64,000 nucleotides of DNA from positions 1,536,001 through 1,600,000 of the forward strand of contig CAWCKW010000012.1 in the NCBI GenBank assembly GCA_963796285.1, given 5' to 3'. Position 1 is the first letter of the stretch; the number at the start of each line of letters is the position of its first letter. Origin of the DNA: Nitrospirota bacterium (GTDB lineage Bacteria; Nitrospirota; UBA9217). The position numbers and the translations under genes are program-made. The notes below the pieces were generated by a model that did no database searches, was not told the origin of the DNA, and was given only the letters and a program-made list of their open reading frames with translations. Shown piece by piece: positions 20,602-32,278 of the stretch.

Positions 20602-21333
20602 CTGTCTCCTGAGCAGTCCATACAGTGCCTCTGCCAGGCCGATCGCAACATAGGTTATTGAAACAAAAAACAGGACGAGCGCCGGATGATAGGCAACAAA
20701 CGCCAGAAATGCCGCGATAATGACCAGGATCCCGAAAGGACGGCGCTCCTTCAGATTGGCTTCCTTGATGCTATGATACGTGATGTTGCTCACCATGAGG
20801 CCGGCAAGCAGGAACGTCATCCCCAACACCCAGTAATCCTTGACCATCACATCGGCCAACCTCTCCAGTTTCCAGTTCTCAAGGTTCTCGATGACCTCTC
20901 CGTAGGCAAGTACCGTGGTGGCGATCACCAGAGCTGCTGCAGGCGTCGGCAGCCCGGTAAAATGTTTTTTCTCAGCGCCGCTCATCTGGACGTTGAACCT
21001 CGCGAGCCTGAGCGCCGCGCAGGCGACCAGGAAGAACGCACCAAGCCAGCCGACCTTGCCAAAGGCCGACAGCGTCCAGGTATAGACCAGGACACCCGGC
21101 GCGACACCAAAGGAGATCACGTCCGAGAGCGAATCTATCTCAATGCCGAAGCGCGTTGCCGTATGCGTTATCCGCGCGACCCAACCGTCCAAGACATCAA
21201 ACACCGACGCGATCATGATGGCCCACGCGGCCCGCTCGTAATCGCCGTTCAATGAGGCAATGATCGAATAGAACCCCGAGAACATGCTCGACAGCGTGAT
21301 CAGGTTCGGGAGTATGTATATCCCTTTTCTCAT
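20584..21333 (-). CDS. pssA: CDP-diacylglycerol--serine O-phosphatidyltransferase
   Basis: ILPNLIT, DVLDGWVAR...FG.EIDSLSDVISFGVAP, LRLARFN. Confidence 0.95.
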   Translation of the reverse strand: MRKGIYILPNLITLSSMFSGFYSIIASLNGDYERAAWAIMIASVFDVLDGWVARITHTATRFGIEIDSLSDVISFGVAPGVLVYTWTLSAFGKVGWLGAFFLVACAALRLARFNVQMSGAEKKHFTGLPTPAAALVIATTVLAYGEVIENLENWKLERLADVMVKDYWVLGMTFLLAGLMVSNITYHSIKEANLKERRPFGILVIIAAFLAFVAYHPALVLFFVSITYVAIGLAEALYGLLRRQKTASP

Positions 21334-21974
21334 TTCAACACCCCGATGACGTCCCGCGCTCCCTTGACGCGGTCGCCGACCTTTACCTTGAGGTCCGCGT
21401 CCTTGGGGAGGAAGATGTCCACCCGGGAACCGAACCGGATCAGGCCGTAACGTTCTCCGGTGCGTATGGCATCGCCCGGTTCGGCATAGCATACGATGCG
21501 CCGCGCGATCAGACCGGCGATCTGCTTCACCAGCACCTTGTGCTTCCCGTCCGAAATGACCATGGCGGTCTGCTCGTTGTCAAGCGAGGCCTTGTCCACG
21601 GACGCGACATGGAATTTGCCGGGATTGTATTTCACGGTCTCGACCGTGCCGCTGATCGGGGACCGGTTCACATGCACGTTGAACACGGACAGGAAGATAC
21701 TGATCTGCTTCACCTCCTGCTTCAGGTAAGTCGGTTCGAAGATGTCCTTCACCACGATCACCCTGCCGTCCGCCGGCGACACGACCGCGCCCGCGCCCTG
21801 GGGCACGGTGCGCTCCGGGTCACGGAAGAAGTACAGGACGAAGAGCGTAAGTGCGAGCGACACAACAGCGGTGTTCTTCCATCCGAGCGCGAACAAGAGA
21901 GCGGTGACGATCGCGAGCGGGATGATGAACGGCCAGCCCTCCGAAGCAACCGGTATTCCGTAGTTTTTCATCAT
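21330..21974 (-). CDS. psd: Phosphatidylserine decarboxylase
   Basis: FFRDPER, SPADG, HVNRSP, IRFGSRVD cleavage motif. Confidence 0.95.
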   Translation of the reverse strand: MMKNYGIPVASEGWPFIIPLAIVTALLFALGWKNTAVVSLALTLFVLYFFRDPERTVPQGAGAVVSPADGRVIVVKDIFEPTYLKQEVKQISIFLSVFNVHVNRSPISGTVETVKYNPGKFHVASVDKASLDNEQTAMVISDGKHKVLVKQIAGLIARRIVCYAEPGDAIRTGERYGLIRFGSRVDIFLPKDADLKVKVGDRVKGARDVIGVLK

Positions 21975-22028
21975 GCTGTTAAGGGTTTTCTCCTTACATC
22001 TGACTTCTTACTTCTGACCTCTGTCCCT

Positions 22029-23815
<1,787 letters not shown>

Positions 23816-23823
<8 letters not shown>

Positions 23824-24289
23824 GGGTAATTGCCACCTTTCCTGTGCGTACGATCTCTTTGATCCCGATGGGCCTCAAGAGCTCGATGATCGCCGCGATC
23901 TTTTTTTCATCTCCCGTAATCTGGAAGGTATAGCTCTTCTGCGAAGAATCAACAACGCGCGCTCGGAAGATATCGGCGATCCGGAGCGCCTCTGCCCGGT
24001 GCTCGGCAGGAGCATTGACCTTGATGAGGCACATCTCCCTCTCTACGAACTCCTTTTCCGCAAGATCCGTGACCTTGATGACATCGATCAGCTTATTGAG
24101 CTGTTTGATGATCTGCTCGAGGATGCGTTCGTCTCCCGCGGTCACGATCGTCATCTGCGAGATCGTGGGATCGAGCGTGGGGCCGATCGAGATGGTCTCA
24201 ATATTGAACCCCCTGCCGCTGAAGAGTCCCGACACCCGCGACAGCACGCCGAATTTGTTTTCCACTAATACGGATATAATATGTTTCAT
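23816..24289 (-). CDS. ilvN: Acetolactate synthase small subunit
   Basis: [28 protein letters not shown] domain. Confidence 0.96.
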
Positions 24290-24313
24290 AGGCTATTTTC
24301 ACTCCGCATTCCG

Positions 24314-24344
24314 CTTGTACCCGCGCTCTCGCCAGAGCAGGGTG
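24314..24344 (+). repeat. 31-bp hairpin unit inside a heptamer repeat tract
   Basis: CTTGTACCCGCGCTCTCGCCAGAGCAGGGTG, 25/31 identical to 49799-49829; flanked by (A[CT]TCCGC)n. Confidence 0.75.
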
Positions 24345-24365
24345 AATTCCGCACTCCGCATTGGC

Positions 24366-26105
24366 CTACTTCACCGCTTTCAGCTTCTTCTCTTCCTTTT
24401 TGCCCTCTTCTCCGAATATCATCTCATTGATGGACGCACCTGCGGGAACCATGGGGAAGACCTTTTCGTACCGCGCCGTCACAAAGTCCATGAACACCGT
24501 CCGCTTGGATTTGAGCGCTTCCTTGAGCACCGGCACTACGTCCACGGGCTTCATGGCGCGCAGGCCGACAGCTCCATAGGCCTCAGCCACCTTTACGAAA
24601 TCGGGCGTGCTGCCGAGGTCCACCGAGGAGTACCGTTCCTGGTAGAACAATTCCTGCCACTGTCTCACCATGCCGAGGAACCGGTTGTTCAGGATCACCA
24701 CCTTGACAGGGATGCGGTTCTCCACTGACGTGGCAAGTTCCTGGATGTTCATCTGGATGCCGCCGTCGCCGGAGATACAGAACACATCCCGGTTGGGATT
24801 GGCCACCTTGGCGCCAAGGGCCGCCGGGAACCCGTACCCCATGGTGCCGAGTCCGCCGGAGGAGAGCCAGTTCCGGGGTCTGTCGAATTTGTAGTACTGC
24901 GCGGCCCACATCTGGTGCTGGCCCACATCGGTCACGATGATCGCATCTCCCTTCGTGACCTCGTAAAGCTTCTCGACCACGAATTGCGGCTTGATGACGT
25001 CATCGGCATATTCGTACGAGAGCGGCCTTTCTTCGCGCCAGGCGTCGATCTGCCTGAGCCAGCTCTTGCGGATCGCGTCCCATGGCTCTTTGATCTGGTG
25101 GAGTTCCTTGTTGAGGTCCACCATCACATGTTTCACATCGCCCACGATCGGGATATCCACACGCACGTTCTTCCTGATCGAGGTCGGATCAACGTCGATA
25201 TGGATGATCTTGGCATCAGGCGCAAATCCCTCAACTTTGCCCGTCACCCGGTCGTCAAAGCGCGCGCCGATGGCGACAATGAGGTCGGAATTATGGATCG
25301 CCATGTTGGCATAGTACGTGCCGTGCATGCCGAGCATGCCGAGTGAGAGCGGATGCGTGCCGGGGAACCCGCCGATACCCATGAGGGTATGGGTCACCGG
25401 GATCCTCGTGATCTCGGCGAATTCGAGCATTTCCGCTGCGGCATTCGAAAGAATAACACCTCCGCCGATATAGGCGACAGGTTTTTTCGCTTTTGCTATG
25501 GCTTCCGCTGCCTGCTTGATCTGCCATTTATTCCCGGCAACGGTCGGATTGTAGCTCCTGATCTCCACCTTGTCCGGATAATGGAACTCAGCCTTGTTCG
25601 TCACGACATCACGTGGAAGATCGATGAGCACCGGTCCGGGTCGGCCCGTGGAGGCGATATAGAACGCCTCTTTGATCGTCTGGGCGATGTCCTTTACGTC
25701 CTTGACCAGAAAGTTGTACTTGGTACAGGGTCGCGTGATGCCGACGATGTCCGCTTCCTGGAACGCATCATTGCCGATCAGCGCCGTGGGCACCTGTCCG
25801 GTGAAGACCACGATCGGGATGGAATCCATGTATGCCGTGGCGAGGCCCGTGACCACGTTCGTGGCCCCTGGGCCGGACGTCACCAGGGCGACGCCGACCT
25901 TACCTGTAGAGCGGGCATAACCGTCGGCCATGTGGACCCCGCCCTGCTCATGCCGCGGCAGAATAATGCGGACATCCTTCTGATCGTAGAGGACGTCGAA
26001 TATCTTGAGTACGACGCCGCCTGGATAGCAGAAAAGCGTGTCGACCTTCTCTTTCTTCAAGCATTCAAGAAATATTTCTGCGCCCGTAATCTCTTTGTTG
26101 GACAT
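24366..26105 (-). CDS. ilvB: Acetolactate synthase large subunit
   Basis: RHEQGG, TSGPGATN, DVGQHQMWAAQ, TPP motif GDGG...NN. Confidence 0.97.
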   Translation of the reverse strand: MSNKEITGAEIFLECLKKEKVDTLFCYPGGVVLKIFDVLYDQKDVRIILPRHEQGGVHMADGYARSTGKVGVALVTSGPGATNVVTGLATAYMDSIPIVVFTGQVPTALIGNDAFQEADIVGITRPCTKYNFLVKDVKDIAQTIKEAFYIASTGRPGPVLIDLPRDVVTNKAEFHYPDKVEIRSYNPTVAGNKWQIKQAAEAIAKAKKPVAYIGGGVILSNAAAEMLEFAEITRIPVTHTLMGIGGFPGTHPLSLGMLGMHGTYYANMAIHNSDLIVAIGARFDDRVTGKVEGFAPDAKIIHIDVDPTSIRKNVRVDIPIVGDVKHVMVDLNKELHQIKEPWDAIRKSWLRQIDAWREERPLSYEYADDVIKPQFVVEKLYEVTKGDAIIVTDVGQHQMWAAQYYKFDRPRNWLSSGGLGTMGYGFPAALGAKVANPNRDVFCISGDGGIQMNIQELATSVENRIPVKVVILNNRFLGMVRQWQELFYQERYSSVDLGSTPDFVKVAEAYGAVGLRAMKPVDVVPVLKEALKSKRTVFMDFVTARYEKVFPMVPAGASINEMIFGEEGKKEEKKLKAVK

Positions 26106-26128
26106 AATAGCACCTATCGATAAACAGG

Positions 26129-26182
26129 GTAGCCGCAGGCCTTAGCCTGCGACAACGAACGCACCCGAAAGGATGCGGCTAC
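26129..26182. repeat. GTAG-type REP doublet
   Basis: GTAGCCGCAGGCCTTAGCCTGCG ... CGCACCCGAAAGGATGCGGCTAC. Confidence 0.75.
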
Positions 26183-26191
26183 AAATCATTT

Positions 26192-27844
26192 TTACGCTTT
26201 CACGATCGCTCCGGTATTCGCCGAGGTGACCACCTTGGCATATCGCGCGAGCCATCCGGTCTTGATCTTCGGTTCCCGCGGCTTCCATTTTGCCAGCCGT
26301 TTCTTGATCTCCGCGTTGGATAGTTTTACTTCCAGCTTGCGGCCCGGGATATCGAGAACGATCTTGTCTCCGTTCCGAACGATGGCGATCGGCCCGCCCT
26401 CCGCTGCCTCGGGCGAGATGTGGCCGATGCACGGTCCGCGCGTGCCGCCCGAGAACCTGCCATCGGTCAACAGAACGACCGATTCGCCGAGCCCCATGCC
26501 GGAGATGGCCGAGGTGGGAGAGAGCATCTCACGCATGCCCGGCCCACCCTTGGGCCCTTCATACCGGATCACGATCACATGACCGGGCTTGATCTTGTTC
26601 GCGAGAATGGCCTTCATCGATTCTTCTTCCGAGTCGAACACAATGGCCGTGCCTTCGAACGTTTTCATGTTGTCGCTTACCGCGGTCTGCTTCACCACGC
26701 TGCCGTCCGGCGCAAGGTTGCCCTTGAGCACCGCGATCCCGCCCTCTTTGTGATAGGCGTTTTGCAAGGTCCGGATCACGTCATCGTTCCCGACGCGGCC
26801 TGACTTTGCATGCTCGATGATCGATCTGCCGCTCACCGTGGGTGAAGGTTTGAGCACCTTTGCGAAGCGGGACAGGACTCCCGGGATGCCGCCCGCGGCA
26901 TCCAGGTCCTCCATATAGGTAGGACCGCCGGGCAGCATGTTGCACAAATGCGGCGTCGTGCGGCTGATCTTGTCGAACGTGTCGATCGATAATGCAATGC
27001 CCGCCTCATGCGCGATGGCCGGGATATGGAGCGTCGTATTCGTGGACCCGCCGAGCGCCATGTCGATGCGGATGGCGTTCTCGAAGGCGTTCCTGGTCAT
27101 GATCTTGCGCGGAGTGAGACCTTCGTTCACCAGACCCACGATCCTCTTGCCGCTCTCGAAGGCGATCCTGCGCTTCTCGCCGGACACGGCGAGGGCGGTG
27201 GCGCATCCCGGCAGGCTCATGCCGAGCGATTCCGTGACGCAGGCCATGGTGTTTGCCGTATACATCCCCTGGCACGAACCGGGGCCGGGGCAGGCGCAGG
27301 TCTCGAGTTCCGCGAGGTCGATCTCGGACATCTCGCCTTTCCGCACCTTGCCCACTGCCTCGAATGCGCTGATCAGGTTCACGCGGTTGCCGCGATACTT
27401 CCCGGAGTACATGGCACCGGCGGTCACCACGATCGTCGGGATGTTGAGCCGCGCCGAGGCCATGAGCATGCCCGGCGTGATCTTGTCGCAGTTCGTGAGC
27501 AGCACGAGCCCGTCAAAGGCGTGTGCCATGGCAACGGATTCTACCATGTCCGCGATCAATTCGCGCGAGGCCAGGGAATAGTGCATTCCCATATGGCCCA
27601 TGGCAATGCCGTCGCAGATGCCCGGCACTCCGAAGAAGAGGGGCCATCCGCCGCCGGCGTGCACGCCCTTCTCTATGAACCGCTCCAGATCGCGCATGCC
27701 GATATGGCCCGGGATGAGGTCGTTCCAGCTCGTAGCCACGCCGATCATGGGCTTGGCAAGTTCGTCCCGGGTTATGCCTGTGGCGAATAAAAGAGACCTG
27801 TGCGGCGCGCGCTCCAGGCCTTTTTTGATACGGTCGCTTCTCAA
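26192..27844 (-). CDS. ilvD: Dihydroxy-acid dehydratase
   Basis: [30 protein letters not shown]. Confidence 0.97.
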   Translation of the reverse strand: MRSDRIKKGLERAPHRSLLFATGITRDELAKPMIGVATSWNDLIPGHIGMRDLERFIEKGVHAGGGWPLFFGVPGICDGIAMGHMGMHYSLASRELIADMVESVAMAHAFDGLVLLTNCDKITPGMLMASARLNIPTIVVTAGAMYSGKYRGNRVNLISAFEAVGKVRKGEMSEIDLAELETCACPGPGSCQGMYTANTMACVTESLGMSLPGCATALAVSGEKRRIAFESGKRIVGLVNEGLTPRKIMTRNAFENAIRIDMALGGSTNTTLHIPAIAHEAGIALSIDTFDKISRTTPHLCNMLPGGPTYMEDLDAAGGIPGVLSRFAKVLKPSPTVSGRSIIEHAKSGRVGNDDVIRTLQNAYHKEGGIAVLKGNLAPDGSVVKQTAVSDNMKTFEGTAIVFDSEEESMKAILANKIKPGHVIVIRYEGPKGGPGMREMLSPTSAISGMGLGESVVLLTDGRFSGGTRGPCIGHISPEAAEGGPIAIVRNGDKIVLDIPGRKLEVKLSNAEIKKRLAKWKPREPKIKTGWLARYAKVVTSANTGAIVKA

Positions 27845-27906
27845 TGATGTTCTCCGTTAACGGAAATGATTGTAATTTTTAACATATATGGAGGGAAAGA
27901 GTCAAT

Positions 27907-27944
27907 AAAAAAATCCCCCTTTACGCTCTCTTGTAAAGAGGGAT
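27907..27944 (-). terminator. Intrinsic terminator
   Basis: ATCCCCCTTTAC...GTAAAGAGGGAT stem followed by a U tract on the minus strand. Confidence 0.65.
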
Positions 27945-27985
27945 CCTCACATCCTCCAGGGATGAATGAACACAAAAGGCAAGGT

Positions 27986-28246
27986 TTATTTACCTTGCCT
28001 TTGCTTTGTCAGGCCAGCTCCTACGCTGGTGCGCCTGATGATATCCATCATTCTGTCTTTTGCCGCCAGCTTCAGTTTCTGTATCCGCTTCCTCTCCACT
28101 TCTTGCTCAGGAGTAAGATACCGGTAGATCTCGAATGACATCAGCGTATCTTCAAGCTTCCTGTGCTCCTGCTCCCACTTCTGATAGTCCGGATTCTCGG
28201 TCCTGAGCCTTGCCATGAGTGCATCTTCTTTTACCTCCACATTCAT
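27986..28246 (-). CDS. DUF465/YdcH family protein
   Basis: EH..LE...YLTPEQEVERKRIQKLKLAAKD; GGAGG RBS; between rimI and ilvD. Confidence 0.85.
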   Translation of the reverse strand: MNVEVKEDALMARLRTENPDYQKWEQEHRKLEDTLMSFEIYRYLTPEQEVERKRIQKLKLAAKDRMMDIIRRTSVGAGLTKQRQGK

Positions 28247-28392
28247 AATGCGTCCCTCCTTTAGGGTTAAATGTTTGTGAGAAGGTTTTGGAAAAGAGCA
28301 GTGTATGGTATGTACAAAAAAGTTATCATATTTCATGTGAAAAGGCAATAGCGAAATAGTACTTAAAAAACAATATATTAACAAACCTCATA

Positions 28393-28884
28393 CTACGTTA
28401 CCAGGCTCTTGAACACCCCCTGCTCCAGAACCATCACCACGGCATCTTCGATCGGCGTATCGTAATACTCCCGCCGCACGGACGTACCCGTGAACCCGAG
28501 GTCTGAATAAAGCTTCTGGGCCGCTGTGTTCGAAGCCCGGACCTCAAGAAAGGCCCTTGCGGCACCCTTCTGATGAGCATGCTTCAGCCCTGCCAGTACC
28601 AGCTTTCTAGCTACCCCCTGCCTTCTCTGCTCAGGTGTTGTCGCCAGGTTCAGGATGTGCATCTCGTCGGCTACAATCCAATACACGATATAACCAACCA
28701 CGTTCCTCAACAACGGATCATCGGCAAGCGCGACCAGGAGAGTGGAAACAAGAGGACTGCGGAATTCGGAAAGGAACAGGTTTCTCGACCAGGGCATGCT
28801 GAATGAGGCTTGCTCGATCGCGAGGACCTGGTCGATGTCCTCTTTATGCATGAGATCTATCGTGATTGCGCCCTCTTTTCCCAT
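28393..28884 (-). CDS. rimI: Ribosomal protein alanine N-acetyltransferase
   Basis: IEQASFSMPWS, LEVRASN..A..LY..LGF, YY...EDAVVM. Confidence 0.93.
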   Translation of the reverse strand: MGKEGAITIDLMHKEDIDQVLAIEQASFSMPWSRNLFLSEFRSPLVSTLLVALADDPLLRNVVGYIVYWIVADEMHILNLATTPEQRRQGVARKLVLAGLKHAHQKGAARAFLEVRASNTAAQKLYSDLGFTGTSVRREYYDTPIEDAVVMVLEQGVFKSLVT

Positions 28885-29555
28885 GCCACCTCTGCCTCGG
28901 GCCTTCGGATATACATTGGCGTCAAGGTGTCCGGGTCAGCCTGGTTTCCGCTCTTGATCATATCGAGTCCGATCTCAGCTACAGCAGCCGCCGAGGGGAG
29001 AATAGCCGAGATCGGCGCGAACAGGGCCCGGTCGCCGAATAGTTCCATGATGTCCGTGCGGAAGAGACGGGACGCCTCGCCGGTAAAAATGGTCTTTTCG
29101 GATATCCGCTCGGAGAGCCGCGATAGAGAGACCACTGCCTCGGCCATGCCATAGACAAGAGCGGGCCCCTCGAACCGGTAGGTCGCCGCATACACCTCGT
29201 TCTTTCGCGCGTCGAGCATCGGGCAGACCGGGTACGCCGCATAAGGCAGGTTCCACGCCAGCGCCTTGAGCGTCGGTACGGCGGCAACCGGCTTCCCCGT
29301 GACGAGCGCCAGCCCCTTGACCGCGGCCAGCCCGATCCTGAGGCCGGTGAACGAACCCGGCCCGATCGCGACAGCATAGCCATCCATATCGGCTATCTGG
29401 AAGCCCGTGTCCGTCAGCACGCGGTCCACCGTGGACATCAGGCGCTCGGAGTGCGTCACTTCGATGTTCAGGCTGTACTGTGCAATGATGCCGTCTTCGG
29501 AGACGATCGCAACGCTGCCGGTCTTGGTGGATGTCTCGATGCCGAGGATGAACAT
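28857..29555 (-). CDS. tsaB: tRNA threonylcarbamoyladenosine biosynthesis protein
   Basis: ILGIETST, GPGSFTGLRIG, LDARKNEVY. Confidence 0.95.
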   Translation of the reverse strand: MFILGIETSTKTGSVAIVSEDGIIAQYSLNIEVTHSERLMSTVDRVLTDTGFQIADMDGYAVAIGPGSFTGLRIGLAAVKGLALVTGKPVAAVPTLKALAWNLPYAAYPVCPMLDARKNEVYAATYRFEGPALVYGMAEAVVSLSRLSERISEKTIFTGEASRLFRTDIMELFGDRALFAPISAILPSAAAVAEIGLDMIKSGNQADPDTLTPMYIRRPEAEVAWEKRAQSR

Positions 29556-29642
29556 GAAGGTAACTTACAGAAAAAACCAGGACATGTCAAAGCAAAATAA
29601 CAGAAAACGAGATCATGAGCAGAGGCGCGCGACATGTTCTCA

Positions 29643-30518
29643 TCACTGAAACCGGCCGACCATGAAACCTGCGCCTATCCTGCTGGTGTACCGGTTATAA
29701 TCGATCAGGCTTTCGCCGTACCCGTCAAATGCCTGGATATAGAAAGAAACGTCGTTCCTGATCGGGATAGCAAGTTCGATCTGCAGGGAACCCCGGTTAT
29801 CGTGAGGGCGTAGATTGTCCCGTCCGGTCATCAGCACGGAGAACGCCTTGTCCCGGTATTCAGCGGTCAGTTCTCCATAACCCAGGAACCGCGAAATGTC
29901 GGGGTTATCGTCGCCCCGCGCGTCCGTAGACAACTTCTTTGCCGACTCGGGAATGCGGTACCACGGCTTCAGGCCGATGGTGATCCGCTCCCAGTCGAGC
30001 TTGGCCTCAGCGTACAGCCTGTTCCAGCTCCTCGATTCAAGACCGCCCCTGCCGTTCGATTGGTGTATGAAGCTGACCACGGTCCTGATCCGCTCCAGCC
30101 CCAGCAGTGTTGAACCGGTCTCAAAGGCGGCCATTGCCTCGGGCGCGTAGTTCGTCTCCCGGAACGACGATGAGTAGTCGGTGTTGAACATCTGCCAGTA
30201 CGAGACCTGAGTGTAGCCGATCGCGGCCTTGCCGTTCCAGAACGGGATCGTGCTGACCGGGATCTTGAAGCTGAGCTGGAACTGCACTTCGACTTCCTGG
30301 AGAGTCGGGTCCTGAGTGTCCAATGTCCGGTCGAAGGCTCCGATAAAGTACAGGGGTTTGTACGGCTCAAGCCTGAAGATATCGCCTCCGGTCCCCGTCG
30401 CCTGGCTGAACACTTGCCCGTATGCGGCGTCCGCGTTCAAGTGCATCAAGCAGAGCACGCAGCACGTGAACATGAAGAGTCGTCGATGGATATGCCTGAG
30501 CATTGTTATGAGCAACAT
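29643..30518 (-). CDS. pldA: Outer membrane phospholipase A
   Basis: FQLSFK, YTQ.S.WQ, FRETNY.PE, catalytic HQSNG, SRSWNR, GYGESLIDYN. Confidence 0.92.
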   Translation of the reverse strand: MLLITMLRHIHRRLFMFTCCVLCLMHLNADAAYGQVFSQATGTGGDIFRLEPYKPLYFIGAFDRTLDTQDPTLQEVEVQFQLSFKIPVSTIPFWNGKAAIGYTQVSYWQMFNTDYSSSFRETNYAPEAMAAFETGSTLLGLERIRTVVSFIHQSNGRGGLESRSWNRLYAEAKLDWERITIGLKPWYRIPESAKKLSTDARGDDNPDISRFLGYGELTAEYRDKAFSVLMTGRDNLRPHDNRGSLQIELAIPIRNDVSFYIQAFDGYGESLIDYNRYTSRIGAGFMVGRFQ

Positions 30519-30750
30519 GGCCCCTCCCCTGAAAGTGTGATGTCGATGAAAAATTCGCCGCGCGGGGCGGCAAACTGGTCTTCCGCCAAATCCCTTGCAT
30601 ACCTGGAGATGAGTGCTGTTCGTTAATGAATGCGGCCACTTTATATGATACGGCGAATTCCTGTCAAGAATATCACTGAAGATGTCGGTGAGTTATCCGA
30701 TAGCGAGGGAACGTGCGTCACAACAGGTGCAACATCGTCCTGCGTGCATG

Positions 30751-31353
30751 TTAGAGCGCTGCCAGCCTACGTCCAGCCTCGCGCGCCTTGCGCAGCATGT
30801 TGTCCGGAACAACCGTCTTCTGCTTTTGGGCGCTCAGCCCCGCAAAAAGCGAGGCGACCGGCTTTGCGCCCATCGTCTCCGCTATAATGCGGAGCGCGCG
30901 CGGAGCTCCGGTAAAGAACCTGCCCATGATCGCCGGCATCGCGCTCGAGGTGATAAGAACGGCTTTCTTGTCCCGAGCTTTTTTTCTCAGCACATATCCC
31001 CCCTTGCCCCACGGCCAGTACGTGAGGCACACGAGCCGTTCCATGAATCTCCGGGTAATGGCATTCAGGTTGAAGCAGTTCACCGGCGCGCCGATCACGA
31101 TCCCGTCCGAGGCATCGTATCTGTCGAGGATGCCGGCCATGTCGTCCCGATGAACGCACTCACCGCGCCCAGTCCCCGGTTGTTGCGTGCAGGTCCTGCA
31201 ATTCGTGCAGAACTCGACATGCTTGTCGATAAGATAGATTTTCTCCGTCTCAGCACCCTGCTCTTCAGCAGCGGACAGGACCGCCTGGACCAGGGCATCG
31301 ATCGTTCCGTTTCTGCGATAGCTGCCGACAATGCCCAGTATTTTTTTCCCCAT
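30751..31353 (-). CDS. Flavodoxin/iron-sulfur flavoprotein family (NAD(P)H-dependent FMN reductase fold)
   Basis: GSYRRNG, CTNCRTC...C..RDDM. Confidence 0.85.
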   Translation of the reverse strand: MGKKILGIVGSYRRNGTIDALVQAVLSAAEEQGAETEKIYLIDKHVEFCTNCRTCTQQPGTGRGECVHRDDMAGILDRYDASDGIVIGAPVNCFNLNAITRRFMERLVCLTYWPWGKGGYVLRKKARDKKAVLITSSAMPAIMGRFFTGAPRALRIIAETMGAKPVASLFAGLSAQKQKTVVPDNMLRKAREAGRRLAAL

Positions 31354-31699
31354 GTGCCGCACCTCCTTGTGAATTATAGCATCGTTTTCGGAATGCAGCG
31401 AAGGTAATGGCCGGCGACAGGTTGAGCAGCAAAACCTTCCAATAGCCACGATGATCAAATAGCGCGTTGTGTCTATTTATTATTTTTTGCGGCTGAACGT
31501 CACTGATTCCTTGACGCCGGACCCCTGCCCTTAATTCTTTGAGAAACAGAGGTGAATGGAGAATGTCCCTAAAAAGTTAAAGGAATCCTTTTGTTTGATT
31601 CCGGTAATTCGGAGGGGTGCTATACTTACGTCATATAAAATGTTCATGACAACATGACAATACAACGGATTATGAAAAAATATATTAAGGAGGCTCGCA

Positions 31700-32128
31700 A
31701 TGCCGATACGAAAGGCTGAAGCCGTATGGGAGGGAAATCTTAAAAAAGGAAAGGGGCGCATGAAATTCGGGAGCGGGGCCTTTGAGGGCAGCTATTCCTT
31801 TGCGTCCCGTTTCGAGGAGGGGCCGGGAACGAATCCCGAAGAGCTGATCGGAGCTGCCCATGCCGGATGCTTCTCCATGGCCCTGTCCATGATACTTGAT
31901 ATGTCAGGATATGCCCCGGAGCGCATCCACACAGTCGCCCGGGTGCACATCGAGAAGGTCGGAGAGGGGTTCAAGATCACGACCATCGAGCTCGAGACCG
32001 AGGGCAAGGTGCCGGGCATCGACGAAAAGACGTTCAAGGAGAAGGCCGAGGCTGCCAAAAAAGGTTGCCCTGTGTCCATGGCCCTGACCGGCGTCGAGAT
32101 CAGGCTCAAGGCCAGCCTGGTAAAATAG
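31700..32128 (+). CDS. osmC: OsmC peroxiredoxin
   Basis: AVWEGNLK.GKG, GTNPEELIGAAHAGCF, AKKGCPVS. Confidence 0.94.
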   Translation: MPIRKAEAVWEGNLKKGKGRMKFGSGAFEGSYSFASRFEEGPGTNPEELIGAAHAGCFSMALSMILDMSGYAPERIHTVARVHIEKVGEGFKITTIELETEGKVPGIDEKTFKEKAEAAKKGCPVSMALTGVEIRLKASLVK

Positions 32129-32278
32129 CCGGCGGCAAAACCACAGGCGAATGAATGGATCTCCGTCACGCCCAGCCATTCACGATCGTAATACGGAGAT
32201 GGCATCATAGTGGCCAATATCGTCCGGCAGTAGAATGAAACTATATAAATTCCCAGCATCTATAGAAGGAGGCATGTT

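Noticed and set aside
32129-32215. c-di-GMP riboswitch-like GGCAAAACC motif upstream of the peroxidase
   Set aside because: Lacks the GNRA tetraloop/receptor and the second stem of the consensus.
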